From the NCBI GenBank assembly GCA_004022145.1, contig RCNU01000022.1: DNA of 64,000 bases; one strand, given 5' to 3'. This document shows, in pieces, positions 62,828-64,000 of the stretch (the stretch's first letter is position 1; each line of letters opens with the position of its first letter). The notes under the pieces are model-generated. The model was given only the letters and a program-made list of their open reading frames with translations. It was not told the DNA's origin and ran no database searches. Origin of the DNA: Paecilomyces variotii (lineage: Eukaryota). The position numbers and the translations under genes are program-made.

Positions 62828-64000
62828 TCAAGCCGCCATGGAAAGGCACTCGTCCAGCAAAGAGCCCAGTTGCTCTCTGTCATCTGCGGCACCTCCTTCC
62901 CAGTCCCAGCCGGCTTCGTCTATGTCCATCTCATCTATGGGGCTTGGTGGAGACTCAACCTTGTTACCATTAGCGGTTTCCATCAGGATGTCCTGTCTTT
63001 CTGCTTCCAGTTCGTCCTCAACATATCCTCCCATGATTTGATCGATGATCAACGGCATATGGCTGAGCAGTCCACCTCCAAGCTCAAGGGCAATCCTAAG
63101 GTCCTTCACCCCAAGAGGTCTTCTGGCGCTAGCTTCCTTAGCTTCAACCGGCAGCAACCCGGTAGTGGCATCCTTCGCGATCTCACCACGAGTGAATGCC
63201 AGCTCTTCCCGTTCTAGCTGGTGTCGATATCTCCTAGTCATCATGCCGTTAATTGTACCGGACGGGCCATTTGACCGCGTTCGCGCGAACACGCTGGACA
63301 GTACTTCCTTCACAAAAGTTTCCGTCGCAATGGCCATGAATTCGGCACAAGAGAAGCTAGCACCGCTAACGACAGACTCCTCATAACATATGGGAACCAT
63401 ACGGGCGTGGATCGATTCGGCATCGGGGAATTCGCCGATTTCTGATGCCAGTGGCTGCGCATATCGTTTTCTGATCTCGAGTTCCCAATCTGATCGAAAG
63501 ATATGTGGTCAGCAATGCTGCCGTACAGCTGGGAGAGAAGCTATTAGGTCTTACTAGTCTTATTCAATCCACCTGCACTCGCTGGTACTTGTGTCGGCAA
63601 TTTTATTTGCTTCGCCTGGCGATATTCTTCAAGTTCATTCCGCGCCACTTCGCTGGGGTCGGGCTGGGTAGGTATGAACCGTTAGCATCCAGTTCAGTCG
63701 CAGCACAACCAGTAGTCTTCAAGGGTCAGGAATAAGTACCTCCTGGATCGCCTTTATTCTCCGACGGTCTCGAGGGGGTAGCTGCATGACCTCGGTCTTG
63801 AGCCTTTGCTCGGCCGCATCCCCGGAGGCCGGCTTAGACACAACCGTGGGCTTATCATTCGCAGATACCCAGCTGGCGACTCCATGGTCAGGGAGGTCCC
63901 TCGTAAGGTTCCCGATAATTGTGCATATGAAGCTATTGTGGAGGTGTTCGGTCTTCGCATCTGCGCATATTATATGGTCGACACGTGAGGAGAACTCGCT
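62828..64000 (-). CDS. ADA1: SAGA complex subunit Ada1/Hfi1 (3' part; runs off the window)
   Basis: [37 protein letters not shown]...[17 protein letters not shown] histone-fold-like segment. Intron 63490-63554. Confidence 0.8.

Noticed and set aside
1-64000. CRISPR arrays, rRNA/snRNA genes, secondary-metabolite cluster, Starship captain or intact transposase
   Set aside because: No repeat-spacer arrays, U1/U2/U5/U6/5S signatures, PKS/NRPS, tyrosine-recombinase or DDE ORFs were recognised.

Overview
This 64-kb window is gene-dense euchromatin from a filamentous ascomycete. The gene set, short GT-AG introns and CTRAY branch sites fit Eurotiales, but the species cannot be fixed from the sequence alone. 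It holds about 20 spliced genes: COG4, a Hst2/SIRT2 sirtuin, hexokinase, UTP18, a STIMATE/YPL162C-like protein, SF3B6/p14, the JHD1 JmjC demethylase, ATG22, PDI, UNG1, a fungal-specific transcription factor, a conserved hypothetical protein, ARP4, TLS1/C9orf78, a FLC/TRP-like membrane protein, a HRP1/Musashi-like RRM protein, GYP1, PRP6 and the 3' part of ADA1/HFI1. There is also an intron-containing tRNA-Pro(CGG). The most unusual structure is a 2.5-kb accessory island (14254-16762) between UTP18 and the STIMATE-like gene. Two diverged LTR-like repeats (each TGTCG...CGACA) sit there in INVERTED orientation, the whole unit is flanked by an identical 5-bp CTGTA duplication, and it encloses a frameshifted F-box-like/2EXR-type pseudogene. 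Other points of interest are a 1,254-nt intron with a UA-rich hairpin in the HRP1-like gene, recurring CxxC-x6-C-x-H half zinc-cluster motifs in two unrelated proteins, a GC-AG intron, a 10-nt microexon, a GNRA hairpin in the tRNA trailer and a pure (GAA)39 tract. All gene models and family calls were made by eye without database searches.
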